Assembly: GCA_964602045.1 (NCBI GenBank)
Contig: CAZRPL010000002.1
Location: 34,498 to 98,497, forward strand
DNA from: an uncultured Collinsella sp.
GTDB taxonomy: Bacteria > Actinomycetota > Coriobacteriia > Coriobacteriales > Coriobacteriaceae
Reading direction: 5' to 3'
DNA: 64,000 nt
Positions 27,150 to 36,514 of the stretch are shown one piece after another; positions within the stretch are counted from its first letter, which is position 1; each line of letters begins with the position of its first letter. Made by a program: the position numbers and the translations under genes. The notes beneath the pieces were generated by a model. That model saw only the letters and a program-made list of their open reading frames with translations. It was not told the DNA's origin and made no database searches.

Positions 27150-28610
27150 TTATTCGCCCTCCCCTTCATCATCAGCATTTAGTTGAGGCAGCACGGCATC
27201 CTCGGGCATATCGACCTTCGCGAGATCGACCGCATCGGCCATCTCCTCGTCGGTCGCGATGAGCTCGGAGAGGGTGACGAGCGTGTAGCCTTCATCCTGA
27301 AGTTGCTTGATGATCTGGGGCAGCGCTTCGATCAGCTGCTCGCCGGTCGTCTCGCTGTCGGTAAGCAGGATGATGTTGCCGTTTCCGACCGATCCCACCA
27401 CGTTGTCGACGACCTGGTCGGCACCGGGCAGCAAGTAGTCACCCGAATCGAGGTTCCACGTCACCACGGCGCCCACCAGATCCATGGCGTCCGCCCAGTT
27501 CCGCTCGGAGAACAACCCATATGGAGGCCGAAGGGCCGCGGTCGACACCCCGGCGGCACCCTCGACGGCATCGAAGCCCTCGGTCAGCTGTGAGCGTAGA
27601 TCATCTGCCGAAAGCTCGCTCATATCGGTGTCGTTCATACCGTTCGAAGCGACCTCGCAACCGGCCTTCACGATTGTGGAAGCAGCCGCTCGGTTGTCGA
27701 GCAGCCGATCGCCCTGCAAAAAGAAGGTCGCCTTGGCATCGTACTCTGCCAGGATGCCCAGGATCTCGTTCGTGTAGGAGCTTGGCCCCTCATCGAACGT
27801 CAGCGCCACGTAACTGCCCGAATCCGGCGAGATGGAACGCGCACGCACCACGCAGTCCTGAGCCTCCTGCACGATGCCACGATCCTCGGTCTTGCCCGAT
27901 ACCCTGCCAGTCCACACCTCGGAACGCCCAGGCACGCCCCATGTCTCGACGTAGGCCACGGCACCGCTGCCCTCGACCGTGAGCGACGGCTCGATGGCGG
28001 TCGCCTCGATATCGTGCTCCTCGTACTCATCGCGCCCGTCGCCGATCTCGACCTCCTCGCCGCCCGCGAGCTTCGTCGTGGCGAGGTCGTCGTTATCGAT
28101 CTGCCTGCCGTTCACCTTGACGGAGTATGCCTCACCTCCGCGCTTCTCGAGCACGCTGTCGTCGACGGCAAGCAGGTCGCCGGCACGGACGCTCAGCTCC
28201 TGGTCGGCGATGAGCGTCTCGATACTCGAGTTGATGCGCACCGAGGCGTCCGCCCCGTTGAGGGATATGGTCACGTTGCGATTGACGTACCACACGATGC
28301 TCGCCACGAACAGCAGCGCGGCGCACCCGATCGCGATGATCACGTACGGGCGGCGCGAATCGCGGCGGCGAGGGCCGCGCATGATGCGCTTTGCGCGGCC
28401 GAATCCCTGCGTATGCCGCAGGTAACGCTCGCCCGGTCGACGCGCGCGCTGCTGAGCGCGGGGCAGCTGCCCCGTCGAGGCGCGGCGTTTGTGCGGTTTG
28501 CGTCCTTTTGTGGAGTAGGAGGTGGTGTAGTTAGGCAATGGTTCTCCCCAGTCCAAATCGAATCTAGAAAAGACTGTACCACGCCGTGATGGAGACGGCG
28601 CCTGCCGCAC
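27150..28610 (-). CDS. Membrane-anchored polysaccharide deacetylase paralogue
   Basis: 486 aa from a GTG start (start uncertain). TM PYVIIAIGCAALLFVASIVWYV. VALTFDEGPSSYT NodB motif. Same architecture as 25168..26994. Confidence 0.85.
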   Translation of the reverse strand: MRQAPSPSRRGTVFSRFDLDWGEPLPNYTTSYSTKGRKPHKRRASTGQLPRAQQRARRPGERYLRHTQGFGRAKRIMRGPRRRDSRRPYVIIAIGCAALLFVASIVWYVNRNVTISLNGADASVRINSSIETLIADQELSVRAGDLLAVDDSVLEKRGGEAYSVKVNGRQIDNDDLATTKLAGGEEVEIGDGRDEYEEHDIEATAIEPSLTVEGSGAVAYVETWGVPGRSEVWTGRVSGKTEDRGIVQEAQDCVVRARSISPDSGSYVALTFDEGPSSYTNEILGILAEYDAKATFFLQGDRLLDNRAAASTIVKAGCEVASNGMNDTDMSELSADDLRSQLTEGFDAVEGAAGVSTAALRPPYGLFSERNWADAMDLVGAVVTWNLDSGDYLLPGADQVVDNVVGSVGNGNIILLTDSETTGEQLIEALPQIIKQLQDEGYTLVTLSELIATDEEMADAVDLAKVDMPEDAVLPQLNADDEGEGE

Positions 28611-28648
28611 GCCCCAAACCCATGAACGGACGGGGGCGGCAGGCGTGC

Positions 28649-29404
28649 CTACTTCCTCTTCTTCTTCGCAGGGCCTGCAGCCTTGCGATATTCGCTGGCG
28701 AACGCCGAGAACATGCCGCGCGTCTTGCCAAGTTGCCTGCCCAGTGCACGGCTCCCCTTGTCGAGGGCCTTCGACCCCTTCTCGTCGATCGTCGCCGCGC
28801 CTTTCTTGACCTTATCGCCGATCACCACGCTCGCCTCCGCCGCCTTGGCGGCAACGCCGCCAGTCAGCTGGAGATCGAGCGTCTCGTCGGCAACGATCAT
28901 GGCACCGTCGCGGTAACCGCGCAAATAGCCTGCCGGCACCTCGAAATTGCCGACGAGCGCCGAGGCGGCCTCCCCTTCGGTGAGCACGAAATGCTTGACC
29001 TTGCCGGTGCGGCTGTCGAACAGGACATCGGAGCAGTAGCCCACGCGCGCACCGGAAGTCGTCATCGCATCCATACCCGTCCAGATCAGACAGGCATCCA
29101 GATCGACGCCGAGCCGCTTGGCGGCAGCGTCATCGAAATTGCGCTTTTCGTCGGTAACCGCAAGGACGCCCTCGTACACATCGAGGGCGTCGAGCGCCAC
29201 GAACCGATCGGGCTGCTTGATCATGCCGACCACGTCGGGCAGCTTGACCATGAAGCCGACGACATGCAGGCCATCGGGGGCGAACACCGGAAAGTGGATC
29301 TTTCCGAGGCGCTTGGGGTCGCGCGGCGTGCCGTCCTTGTTCGTCCGCCGGTCTTCGGCGGGCGCGCGGTAGACCCGCACGCCCTGGATATCGGAAACGA
29401 GCAT
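28649..29404 (-). CDS. PRC-barrel domain protein with basic C-terminal tail
   Basis: 251 aa. Two PRC-like halves (VSDIQGVRVY..., WTGMDAMTTSGARVGYCSDVLFD). Its ATG directly abuts the TAG of the upstream gene. Confidence 0.75.
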   Translation of the reverse strand: MLVSDIQGVRVYRAPAEDRRTNKDGTPRDPKRLGKIHFPVFAPDGLHVVGFMVKLPDVVGMIKQPDRFVALDALDVYEGVLAVTDEKRNFDDAAAKRLGVDLDACLIWTGMDAMTTSGARVGYCSDVLFDSRTGKVKHFVLTEGEAASALVGNFEVPAGYLRGYRDGAMIVADETLDLQLTGGVAAKAAEASVVIGDKVKKGAATIDEKGSKALDKGSRALGRQLGKTRGMFSAFASEYRKAAGPAKKKRK

Positions 29405-29800
29405 CTACGCCTCGGCGACCGGCTCAGCGGGATCGGCGGGCGCGGCATCGTCGGCCACGGACTCGACGACCACATCGGCGGCGGGGGTCACGTTGCCGCC
29501 GGCGATGGCGTCGTTCAGCTGCTCGCGCAGCTGGTCCATGCGCTCGCGGGCGAGATCGACCTTGGCGCGCAGCTCGTCGGTCTTGGCATCGACCATCGGG
29601 CCGAAGTCGGTCGCAGCGGCACGTGCCTGATCGACACCCTGCTCGTACATGTCGCGGGCGTTGTCCCAAGCATCATTGGCCATATCGGCGGCCATCGCAC
29701 GGGTCTCGGCACCGGAACGGGGAGCCATGAGGATGCCCGCGATGGTACCGGCTGCGGCGCCGATCACGGCACCTGCGACGAAACTGAATCCCTTACCCAT
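29405..29800 (-). CDS. YtxH domain protein
   Basis: MGKGFSFVAGAVIGAAAGTIAGILMAPRSGAETR start. GGAGGAG SD before the ATG at 29800. Confidence 0.8.
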   Translation of the reverse strand: MGKGFSFVAGAVIGAAAGTIAGILMAPRSGAETRAMAADMANDAWDNARDMYEQGVDQARAAATDFGPMVDAKTDELRAKVDLARERMDQLREQLNDAIAGGNVTPAADVVVESVADDAAPADPAEPVAEA

Positions 29801-29920
29801 GTTGCTCCTCCCATTCAGAGCCGATAGTTCAGTGGAAACCCCATTATACCCGCGCGCGCCCCTCGGCGACACACGGGTCCTTGCGCGGCTGCACGCAAGC
29901 GCGACTTCGGACGATGCGCC

Positions 29921-30634
29921 TTATCGATCCTCGGTCGGGGCGTGCGTGGCGGCACCGCCGAACACCGCGTCGACATCGGCCACGCGCTTGGCGGGGGCGG
30001 CACCCATCTTGGGCTTCATGCGAAAGCGGTCGGCAAGGCTACGGCGCGGCTGCTCGGGCTGGACCTGCTCCGCAGCCTCGACGGGCGCGGGAGCCTCGGT
30101 CTCGGAAGGCTCCTGTTCGGTGGCATCCCAACCATCGTCAGACGCCTCGTCGTCCTCGCCGCGCAGGTTCAAGACGAGCTTGCGCAGGGCGGCGACGGTC
30201 CCCGCGAAATCCGGCGACGGGGACTGCGCGTGCAGATACGCCCAGTCCATCATGAAGGCGGCGCTCGAGAGGGCGCCGACGGTCAACGCGTCGTCGGGAC
30301 AGGACAGCTCGACGTCGAACAGGCGCTCGTCACCGGGAATCTGGCGCGTGCGGCCGCAGGAGATCGAGCCGGCGAGCCCGGTCTCGTTCATGATCTCGAC
30401 CGTGACATGCTCGAGCAGGTGCGCGAGCTCGGTGTCGCCCATGCACTCCTGGAACTCGCTGCCGGCGTCACCCAGGCACAGGTGCTTGGCGATCGCCGGG
30501 GCAAGGTAGTACACACGCGCCGTGGCCTCGATGTCCTCGGAGGTCCGAAGCGGCATACCGGGATTGACGAGCACGCGCGCGCAGAGCGTCTCCTTACCGA
30601 CGGTGATTTTCAGGATGTTGAACAGCTGCGCCAT
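29921..30634 (-). CDS. Hypothetical protein resembling the cyanophycin-synthetase N-terminal domain, with acidic disordered tail
   Basis: 237 aa. ELAHLLEHVTVEIMNETGLAGSISCGRTRQI...LFDVELSC resembles, from my memory, the HIVEHVALELQ...GFGRTRE region of CphA. AAGGTGGA SD. Confidence 0.7.
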   Translation of the reverse strand: MAQLFNILKITVGKETLCARVLVNPGMPLRTSEDIEATARVYYLAPAIAKHLCLGDAGSEFQECMGDTELAHLLEHVTVEIMNETGLAGSISCGRTRQIPGDERLFDVELSCPDDALTVGALSSAAFMMDWAYLHAQSPSPDFAGTVAALRKLVLNLRGEDDEASDDGWDATEQEPSETEAPAPVEAAEQVQPEQPRRSLADRFRMKPKMGAAPAKRVADVDAVFGGAATHAPTEDR

Positions 30635-30691
30635 GGTGTATCCACCTTACCTAACGTCTGACCTTCCGTGTATGCCGCACGATGCGGGCGC

Positions 30692-32038
30692 TTAGGCGTC
30701 CTTGCCCTCGCCCTTATCGGCACCGTCCTCGTGCTCCCGGACGACCTGATCGGGGTCGGGCCCGGTGACGCGGATCAGCGAGATGCGCTGACCGCGCATG
30801 GACTGCACCTTGAACTTGTACCCGTCCTGCTCGAACACCTCTCCGATATCGGGCACCGAGCCGCACAGATCCAAGATCCAGCCGGCCACGGTCTCGTAAT
30901 CGTCGCTCTCCTCGATCGGCCATCCGAGCTCGATGGCATCATCACATGAGAAGCGGCCATCGACCAGCCACTCGCGACGCGAGAGGCGCGTGAGGTACTT
31001 GTTGTCGGGATCGAACTCGTCCTCGATCTCGCCCACGAACTCCTCGACGATATCCTCGATGGTGATGATACCAGCCGTACCACCGTACTCGTCCACCACG
31101 ACGACCATCTGCTCATGAGCGGTCTGCATCTCGGAGAGCAGCGGCAGGATGTCCTTGGTGTCGGGCACGAACGTGGCGTCACGCACGAAGGAGGCTACCA
31201 TCGCGTCGCCGTGCCCCGCGAGCACCGGCTCGATCAGGTCCTTGATGTGGGCTATGCCCACGATGCAATCCTGGTCCTCGCGGAAGATCGGCACGCGCGA
31301 GAAGCCGGTGTCGCGCATGATGGCGAGCACCGAGGTGATCTCGTCACTGTCCTCACACATCGTCACGTCGACGCGCGGCACCATGACCTCGCGGGCAACG
31401 GCGTCGCCCAAGTCGAACACCTCGTGGATGATGCGCTTCTCCTCGTCGAGCAGGGTATCCTGCTCGCTGATCATGTACTTGATCTCCTCTTCGGACACGT
31501 TCTGGCGGTCGTCGGCGCTCTTGATGCCGAGCAGCTTGGACAGACCGTTCGCGGAGGCCTGCGTGAGCCACACGAGCGGCTTGGCGATCTTGCGGAAGGC
31601 GCTGATGGGACCGGCGACGGATTTGGCCATGCCCTCGGCGTCGGACAGGCCGATACGCTTGGGAACGAGCTCGCCGATGACGATGGACAGATAGGACACG
31701 ATCAGCGTGATGATGATCGGCGAGACGACGGGTGCCACCGCGCTGAGCGGTTCGATGTCGAACGACTCGAGCCAGCTGGACAGCGGATCGGACAGCGTGT
31801 TGGACGAGACGGTCGCGGAGAAGAAGCCGACGAGCGTGATGGCGACCTGGATGGTAGCCAAAAAGTCGGTCGAGTCGGTCGATAACTCGAGCGCCTTGGC
31901 GGCGCGGCGGTCGCCCTCCTCGGCGTCATGCTCGAGGCTGGCGCGCTTAGCCGTGGTGAGAGCCATCTCCGACATGGAGAAGTAGCCGTTCAGGATGGTG
32001 AGCAGCAGGGTGGCAATGATGGAAATCGCTATGCCCAT
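30692..32038 (-). CDS. CNNM/CorC-type hemolysin-family protein (DUF21 + CBS pair + CorC_HlyC)
   Basis: 448 aa. NGYFSMSEMAL DUF21 start, CBS pair, C-terminal CorC_HlyC-like domain. Confidence 0.9.
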   Translation of the reverse strand: MGIAISIIATLLLTILNGYFSMSEMALTTAKRASLEHDAEEGDRRAAKALELSTDSTDFLATIQVAITLVGFFSATVSSNTLSDPLSSWLESFDIEPLSAVAPVVSPIIITLIVSYLSIVIGELVPKRIGLSDAEGMAKSVAGPISAFRKIAKPLVWLTQASANGLSKLLGIKSADDRQNVSEEEIKYMISEQDTLLDEEKRIIHEVFDLGDAVAREVMVPRVDVTMCEDSDEITSVLAIMRDTGFSRVPIFREDQDCIVGIAHIKDLIEPVLAGHGDAMVASFVRDATFVPDTKDILPLLSEMQTAHEQMVVVVDEYGGTAGIITIEDIVEEFVGEIEDEFDPDNKYLTRLSRREWLVDGRFSCDDAIELGWPIEESDDYETVAGWILDLCGSVPDIGEVFEQDGYKFKVQSMRGQRISLIRVTGPDPDQVVREHEDGADKGEGKDA

Positions 32039-32113
32039 AAGATGAGATCGAACCTCCGAGGTCAGGATGCAAAGGACGGGATTTGACGGCGGGCGCCGCC
32101 ATATACGGCTGGC

Positions 32114-32941
32114 CTAGATCACGAAAAGGATCACCACCATGAAGATGAAGATACTTCCGGCGAGCACCCACAGGTGCCAGACGCTGTGCATATAGCGGAT
32201 CTTCTTCATGAGATAGAAGGCGCATCCGATGGTGTAGCACAGCCCGCCGACCACGAGCAGCGCCAAAGCCAGCGGCTCCAGGGCGCCCACAAGTTGCGGC
32301 AGACGGAAGACGACGAGCCATCCCATGATGAGGTAGATGAGGATGGTGACCCAACGGGGCTGACGCTGACGGCCGATGATCTCGAACGAGATGCCGGCGA
32401 ATGTGAGCGCCCAGATGATGACGAACATGACGATGCCGCCGTAGGGCTCGAGCGTGATGAGCAGAAACGGCGTGTACGACCCGGCGATAAGCAGGTAGAT
32501 GCAGCTGTGGTCGATGATGCGGAAGATGCGCTTGGCGGCAGGCACCTGGATGGCATGATAGAGCGTGGACGCCAGGTACTCCAGGATGATGGAGACGCCG
32601 AACACGATGGCGCTCGCCATATGCGCGGGCACGGCACCGCCCACGGCGGCCTTGACGATCAGCAGGACGAGCTCGGCGATACCCAGCAGCACACCGATGC
32701 CGTGCGTGATGGAGTTGGCGATCTCCTCGCCCACCGTGTAGCGCGGAGGTTCCTTGCGGTGATCGTCCGCACGTTCGGGGCGGGGAAATCTTGGACACGA
32801 TTTGCGACGCTTGGGGCAGGCCGCGCACACGTCGACACCCGTCGACGCTGGGAGGGATTCGTCAGATTGGGGCACCGGGGCGGCCTGAGCGTCCGGCCCC
32901 GTGGTACTTCGCGATGTGGAACTGTCGCCTGATGCGGACAT
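32114..32941 (-). CDS. Hemolysin III / PAQR family channel protein
   Basis: EEIANSITHGIG...STLYHAI...DHSCIYLLIAGSYTPF motifs. Start set at the ATG at 32941, because the longer track ORF would run through the REP pair at 33006-33129. Confidence 0.85.
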   Translation of the reverse strand: MSASGDSSTSRSTTGPDAQAAPVPQSDESLPASTGVDVCAACPKRRKSCPRFPRPERADDHRKEPPRYTVGEEIANSITHGIGVLLGIAELVLLIVKAAVGGAVPAHMASAIVFGVSIILEYLASTLYHAIQVPAAKRIFRIIDHSCIYLLIAGSYTPFLLITLEPYGGIVMFVIIWALTFAGISFEIIGRQRQPRWVTILIYLIMGWLVVFRLPQLVGALEPLALALLVVGGLCYTIGCAFYLMKKIRYMHSVWHLWVLAGSIFIFMVVILFVI

Positions 32942-33005
32942 GTTGCTGAGCGATCCTCCAAATATAGACTGCTCAAAATCATAGCAGAATCGCCCCACCC
33001 CGCTA

Positions 33006-33129
33006 GCGACAAGATGGTGCCAGGCGCAAACTTGTCGCGCGATAGAGCGAGGGCGACCCCGCTGGATGCAGGATCGTCCTTGTCGTGCATCTGATGGCGA
33101 CAGGTTTGCACCTGGCACAAACCTGTCGC
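33006..33129. repeat. REPIN-like pair of inverted REP palindromes
   Basis: GCGACAAGATGGTGCCAGGCGCAAACTTGTCGC (33006-33038) is nearly the reverse complement of GCGACAGGTTTGCACCTGGCACAAACCTGTCGC (33097-33129). Confidence 0.75.
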
Positions 33130-33137
33130 CTTGGGGT

Positions 33138-34334
33138 TTATTTCATGGTGATGAGCTCGTAGCGGCTCGTACCAAGGCCGATCTTCTCGGCGTGCTCGAT
33201 CATCGAGCGCCAGTTGGTGTCCGGGTGCGTCATGTTGAAGTGGTCGTGCTCGCAGCGTTCGGGGATACCGCCTTCGGCCTCCAGCTTGTCGCGCATGTCG
33301 GTGAGCTCGGTGTTGGGCAGCGCCGGCGCGGCAAGCGCCATGTCGATCGCGGCCTGGTCGATGGCGACCGGGTCGAAGCTCGCGAACATGCCCAGGTCGG
33401 GCACGATGGGCGTGTCGTTCTCGGCATGGCAGTCGCAGTTGGGCGAGATATCCATGGCGATGGAGATGTGGAAGTTGGGACGGTCCTGCACCACGGCCTG
33501 CGTGTACTCGGCGATCTTGTAATTGAGCACATCGACGGCGGCGTCGTAATCGGGTTCGATGGCATCCTGGTTGCAGGCGCCGATACAGCGACCGCAGCCC
33601 ACGCAGCGGTCGTGATCGATGTGCGCCACCGGCACGGTCACGGTCTTGCCGCTTTTGAGCTCGCGCTCGCGAGTCTCCTCGAAGCTGATCGCGCCGTGCG
33701 CGCAAATCCGTTCGCAGGCATGGCAACCGATGCAAGACTCCGTGGCCACGCTGGGCTTGCCGGAGGCGTGCTGCTCCATCTTGCCGGCGCGGCTACCGCC
33801 ACCCATGCCCAGGTTCTTCATGGCGCCGCCGAAACCGGCCTGCTCATGACCCTTGAAGTGCGTGAGCGAGATGACGATGTCGGCATCCATGAGGGCATGA
33901 CCGATCTTGGCCTCCTTCACGTACTCGCCGTTCTTGACCGGCACGAGCGTCTCGTCGGTACCCTTGAGACCGTCGGCGATGATCACATGGCAGCCGGTCG
34001 CGTACGGGGTGAAGCCGTTCTGGTACGCGCAGTCGATATGCTCGAGCGCGTTTTTGCGGCTGCCCACATATAGCGTGTTGCAGTCGGTGAGGAAAGGCTT
34101 GCCGCCCAGCTCCTTGACCACGTCGGCGACGGCGCGGGCGTAGTTGGGGCGCAAAAAGCTCAAGTTGCCCAGCTCGCCGAAGTGGATCTTGATGGCGACG
34201 AACTTGTTCTCGAAATCGATCTGATCGATGCCGGCCTTCTTGATGAGACGCTTGAGCTTGTCGAGCTGGCTCTCGCGGCCGTGACTGCGCAGGTCGCAGA
34301 AGTAGACCTTGGCAGGTGCGGTATTCTCGGACAT
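33138..34334 (-). CDS. DUF362 domain protein with 2x[4Fe-4S] ferredoxin insert
   Basis: 398 aa. KIHFGELGN...PFLTDCNTLY (DUF362-like), plus CIGCHACERIC and CVGCGRCIGAC cluster motifs. Confidence 0.85.
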   Translation of the reverse strand: MSENTAPAKVYFCDLRSHGRESQLDKLKRLIKKAGIDQIDFENKFVAIKIHFGELGNLSFLRPNYARAVADVVKELGGKPFLTDCNTLYVGSRKNALEHIDCAYQNGFTPYATGCHVIIADGLKGTDETLVPVKNGEYVKEAKIGHALMDADIVISLTHFKGHEQAGFGGAMKNLGMGGGSRAGKMEQHASGKPSVATESCIGCHACERICAHGAISFEETRERELKSGKTVTVPVAHIDHDRCVGCGRCIGACNQDAIEPDYDAAVDVLNYKIAEYTQAVVQDRPNFHISIAMDISPNCDCHAENDTPIVPDLGMFASFDPVAIDQAAIDMALAAPALPNTELTDMRDKLEAEGGIPERCEHDHFNMTHPDTNWRSMIEHAEKIGLGTSRYELITMK

Positions 34335-34387
34335 GGCATATCCCCTCTCTGTCATATTCCATGCATCGATTGTAAACCGGAAACGTT

Positions 34388-34477
34388 ATGGGTCAGTTGG
34401 GGACGTGTTCCTTCCAACCCATCGTGGGCGACATCGCCCACGATGGGTTGGAAGGAACACGTCCCCAACTGACCCAT
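34388..34477. repeat. 90-bp perfect palindrome (44-nt arms, 2-nt centre)
   Basis: ATGGGTCAGTTGGGGACGTGTTCCTTCCAACCCATCGTGGGCGA - CA - exact reverse complement. Checked base by base. Confidence 0.9.
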
Positions 34478-34486
34478 TTCAGCTGC

Positions 34487-36013
34487 TTACAGCGTGCCGG
34501 CCTCGAAGGCGGCGAGGGCCTCCTGCAGCACCGGACCGTCGGCACGGCAGGGCACCGAGCCGTTCTTGCGCAGCATGCGGGTCTCGTGGCCCTTACCGGT
34601 CACGATGACCACCGCCGGCCGCGTGGTCTCGCGCACGCAGGTGCGGATCGCCTCCTCGCGGTCGAGGACGATCTGCCAGTTGCCGTTCCCCTGTTCCTCC
34701 ACGCGCTTGGCGATCGTCGCGCAGATATCCGCCGGATCCTCGGGGCCCGGGTCGTCCTCGGTGATCACGATACGGTCGGCGTACGCACCCGCCGCGACGC
34801 CCATGGTGTCGCGACGATCGACGCCCTTGCCGCCCGTCGCGCCGAACACGACGGCGAGTTCGCGATCAGGATAGTTCTCGCACAGGTCGCGCAGCATGGT
34901 CTCCAGACTCATACCGTTATGGGCGAAGTCGACGACGCCCACGATGCGACCGCTCTCGGTGGGATAGAGCTCCATGCGACCGGGAACGCGCAGATGCTCG
35001 AACCCGTGCACGATGGCCTCGCGCTCGATGCCCAGCGCCTCGGCGACGGCGATCGCGCCCAACGCGTTGGAGATATTGAACTTGACGGGCGTGGCGACGA
35101 GCACGTCGTCGGTGAAGCGCGGGGTGCGTACGCGCGCGACGATGCCGCGATCGGTATGGGTGAGCTGCTCGGCGAACACGTCGGCGCGCTCGTCCGCAAG
35201 AGAATAGGTCACCACGCGCTCGCAGGCGCAGGCCGCGGCGAGCACGCGCTCGACTTGGTCCATGTCGAGGTTCACCACCGCCGCATGACTCTGCGCGAAC
35301 AGCTTCAACTTGCTGCTGAAGTAATCCTCGAAGGTGGGGTGCTCGATCGGGGAGATATGATCCTCGCCGATGTTGGTGAAGGCGCCGACCGCGAACTCGA
35401 CGCAGGCGGTTCGATCGTACTTGAGCGCTTGGCTCGACGCCTCCATCACCACGTGCTCGATACCGCTGTTCACGGCGTTGGCGAGCTGGCGCTCGAGCTG
35501 GAACGACTCGGGCGTGGTGAGCTTGGAGATGCCGGCATCGACGCCGTCATCGAACTCGATGCTCGAGAACAGCCCGGCGGTGTGGCACCCTGCCAGACGC
35601 GCATGCTCGTCCAACACGCTTTTCAGGTAATACGCGCTCGTCGTCTTGCCCTTCGTGCCCGTGAAGGCGCATACCTGCACGCGACCCGACGGGTGGTCGT
35701 AAGCGGTATCGGCGAGCACCGCGAGCGTGCGACGGATATCATCCACGAGCAGGCAGGGAACCTCGACGCCGTAATCGGTCTCGGAGACGTAGGCGACCGC
35801 GCCCGCCTCGATGGCACCCACCAGGTATTCGCGCTTGAACGCGGCGCCCTTGCAGACGAACAGCGTCCCGGGGACGGCCGCACGCGAGTCGTCCGTCGCG
35901 AAGTCGATCCGGATATCACCCGCATCCTGCGGTGCGCACCGAAGCACGCCCGCTCGATCGAGCACCTCGATGTAGTGCGCGAGCGAATAGGTTGTCTGGG
36001 TTGCCTGCGGCAT
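34487..36013 (-). CDS. murE: UDP-N-acetylmuramoyl-L-alanyl-D-glutamate--diamino-acid ligase
   Basis: 508 aa from the ATG at 36013 (AAGGAGG SD). TGTKGKTT P-loop and DNPR-free MurE-like layout. The track ORF over-extends to 36394. Amino-acid specificity not determined. Confidence 0.9.
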   Translation of the reverse strand: MPQATQTTYSLAHYIEVLDRAGVLRCAPQDAGDIRIDFATDDSRAAVPGTLFVCKGAAFKREYLVGAIEAGAVAYVSETDYGVEVPCLLVDDIRRTLAVLADTAYDHPSGRVQVCAFTGTKGKTTSAYYLKSVLDEHARLAGCHTAGLFSSIEFDDGVDAGISKLTTPESFQLERQLANAVNSGIEHVVMEASSQALKYDRTACVEFAVGAFTNIGEDHISPIEHPTFEDYFSSKLKLFAQSHAAVVNLDMDQVERVLAAACACERVVTYSLADERADVFAEQLTHTDRGIVARVRTPRFTDDVLVATPVKFNISNALGAIAVAEALGIEREAIVHGFEHLRVPGRMELYPTESGRIVGVVDFAHNGMSLETMLRDLCENYPDRELAVVFGATGGKGVDRRDTMGVAAGAYADRIVITEDDPGPEDPADICATIAKRVEEQGNGNWQIVLDREEAIRTCVRETTRPAVVIVTGKGHETRMLRKNGSVPCRADGPVLQEALAAFEAGTL

Positions 36014-36221
36014 GAAAGGCCTCCTTGATCGACGCGTGCGGCGTGGATGGCGATCGGTTTCGAATATTTGCTCGTTGGACATTATGCGCATCGACTCGAT
36101 ACGTGCAGTGCAGACGGTCCAAGAACATGAAAAATGAGCAGGATACGCGGCGTTGCCGGATACGGTGGCTCGCACGCGATCCCCCGCAAAGGCAAAACAA
36201 CCCGATGGCAACGCCACTCCG

Positions 36222-36372
36222 GCGCACGATTGCGTTTCCGGTTCGGTTTTGCGGGTACCTGTCGAGTAAATCAAAAAGCCATTACCCTTACTACCTGCGA
36301 TTTTGCTGTGCTTCGCTGTCAGTCTATTTGGAAACCCCACACAAAGCCGAACCGTAAACGCAAAACTGCGCA
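36222..36372. repeat. Inverted-repeat element, copy C (imperfect)
   Basis: GCGTTTCCGGTTCGGTTTTGCG (36232-36253) versus the reverse complement of CAAAGCCGAACCGTAAACGC (36342-36361); 3 mismatches. Same GTTT-CGGTTCGG-TTTG core as copy B. Confidence 0.65.
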
Positions 36373-36514
36373 TTTGGAGCGCGACATCCCGCACATGACG
36401 CCCGGAAGCGCCTTTCCCCTGTTATGACTCGGCGCAGACCTTATGCAAAAGACGTCCTTGCGCGCGAGCGTGTTATTCTTCTTGTACCGTATGTCGCCGG
36501 ACGAAGGGCTTTCC

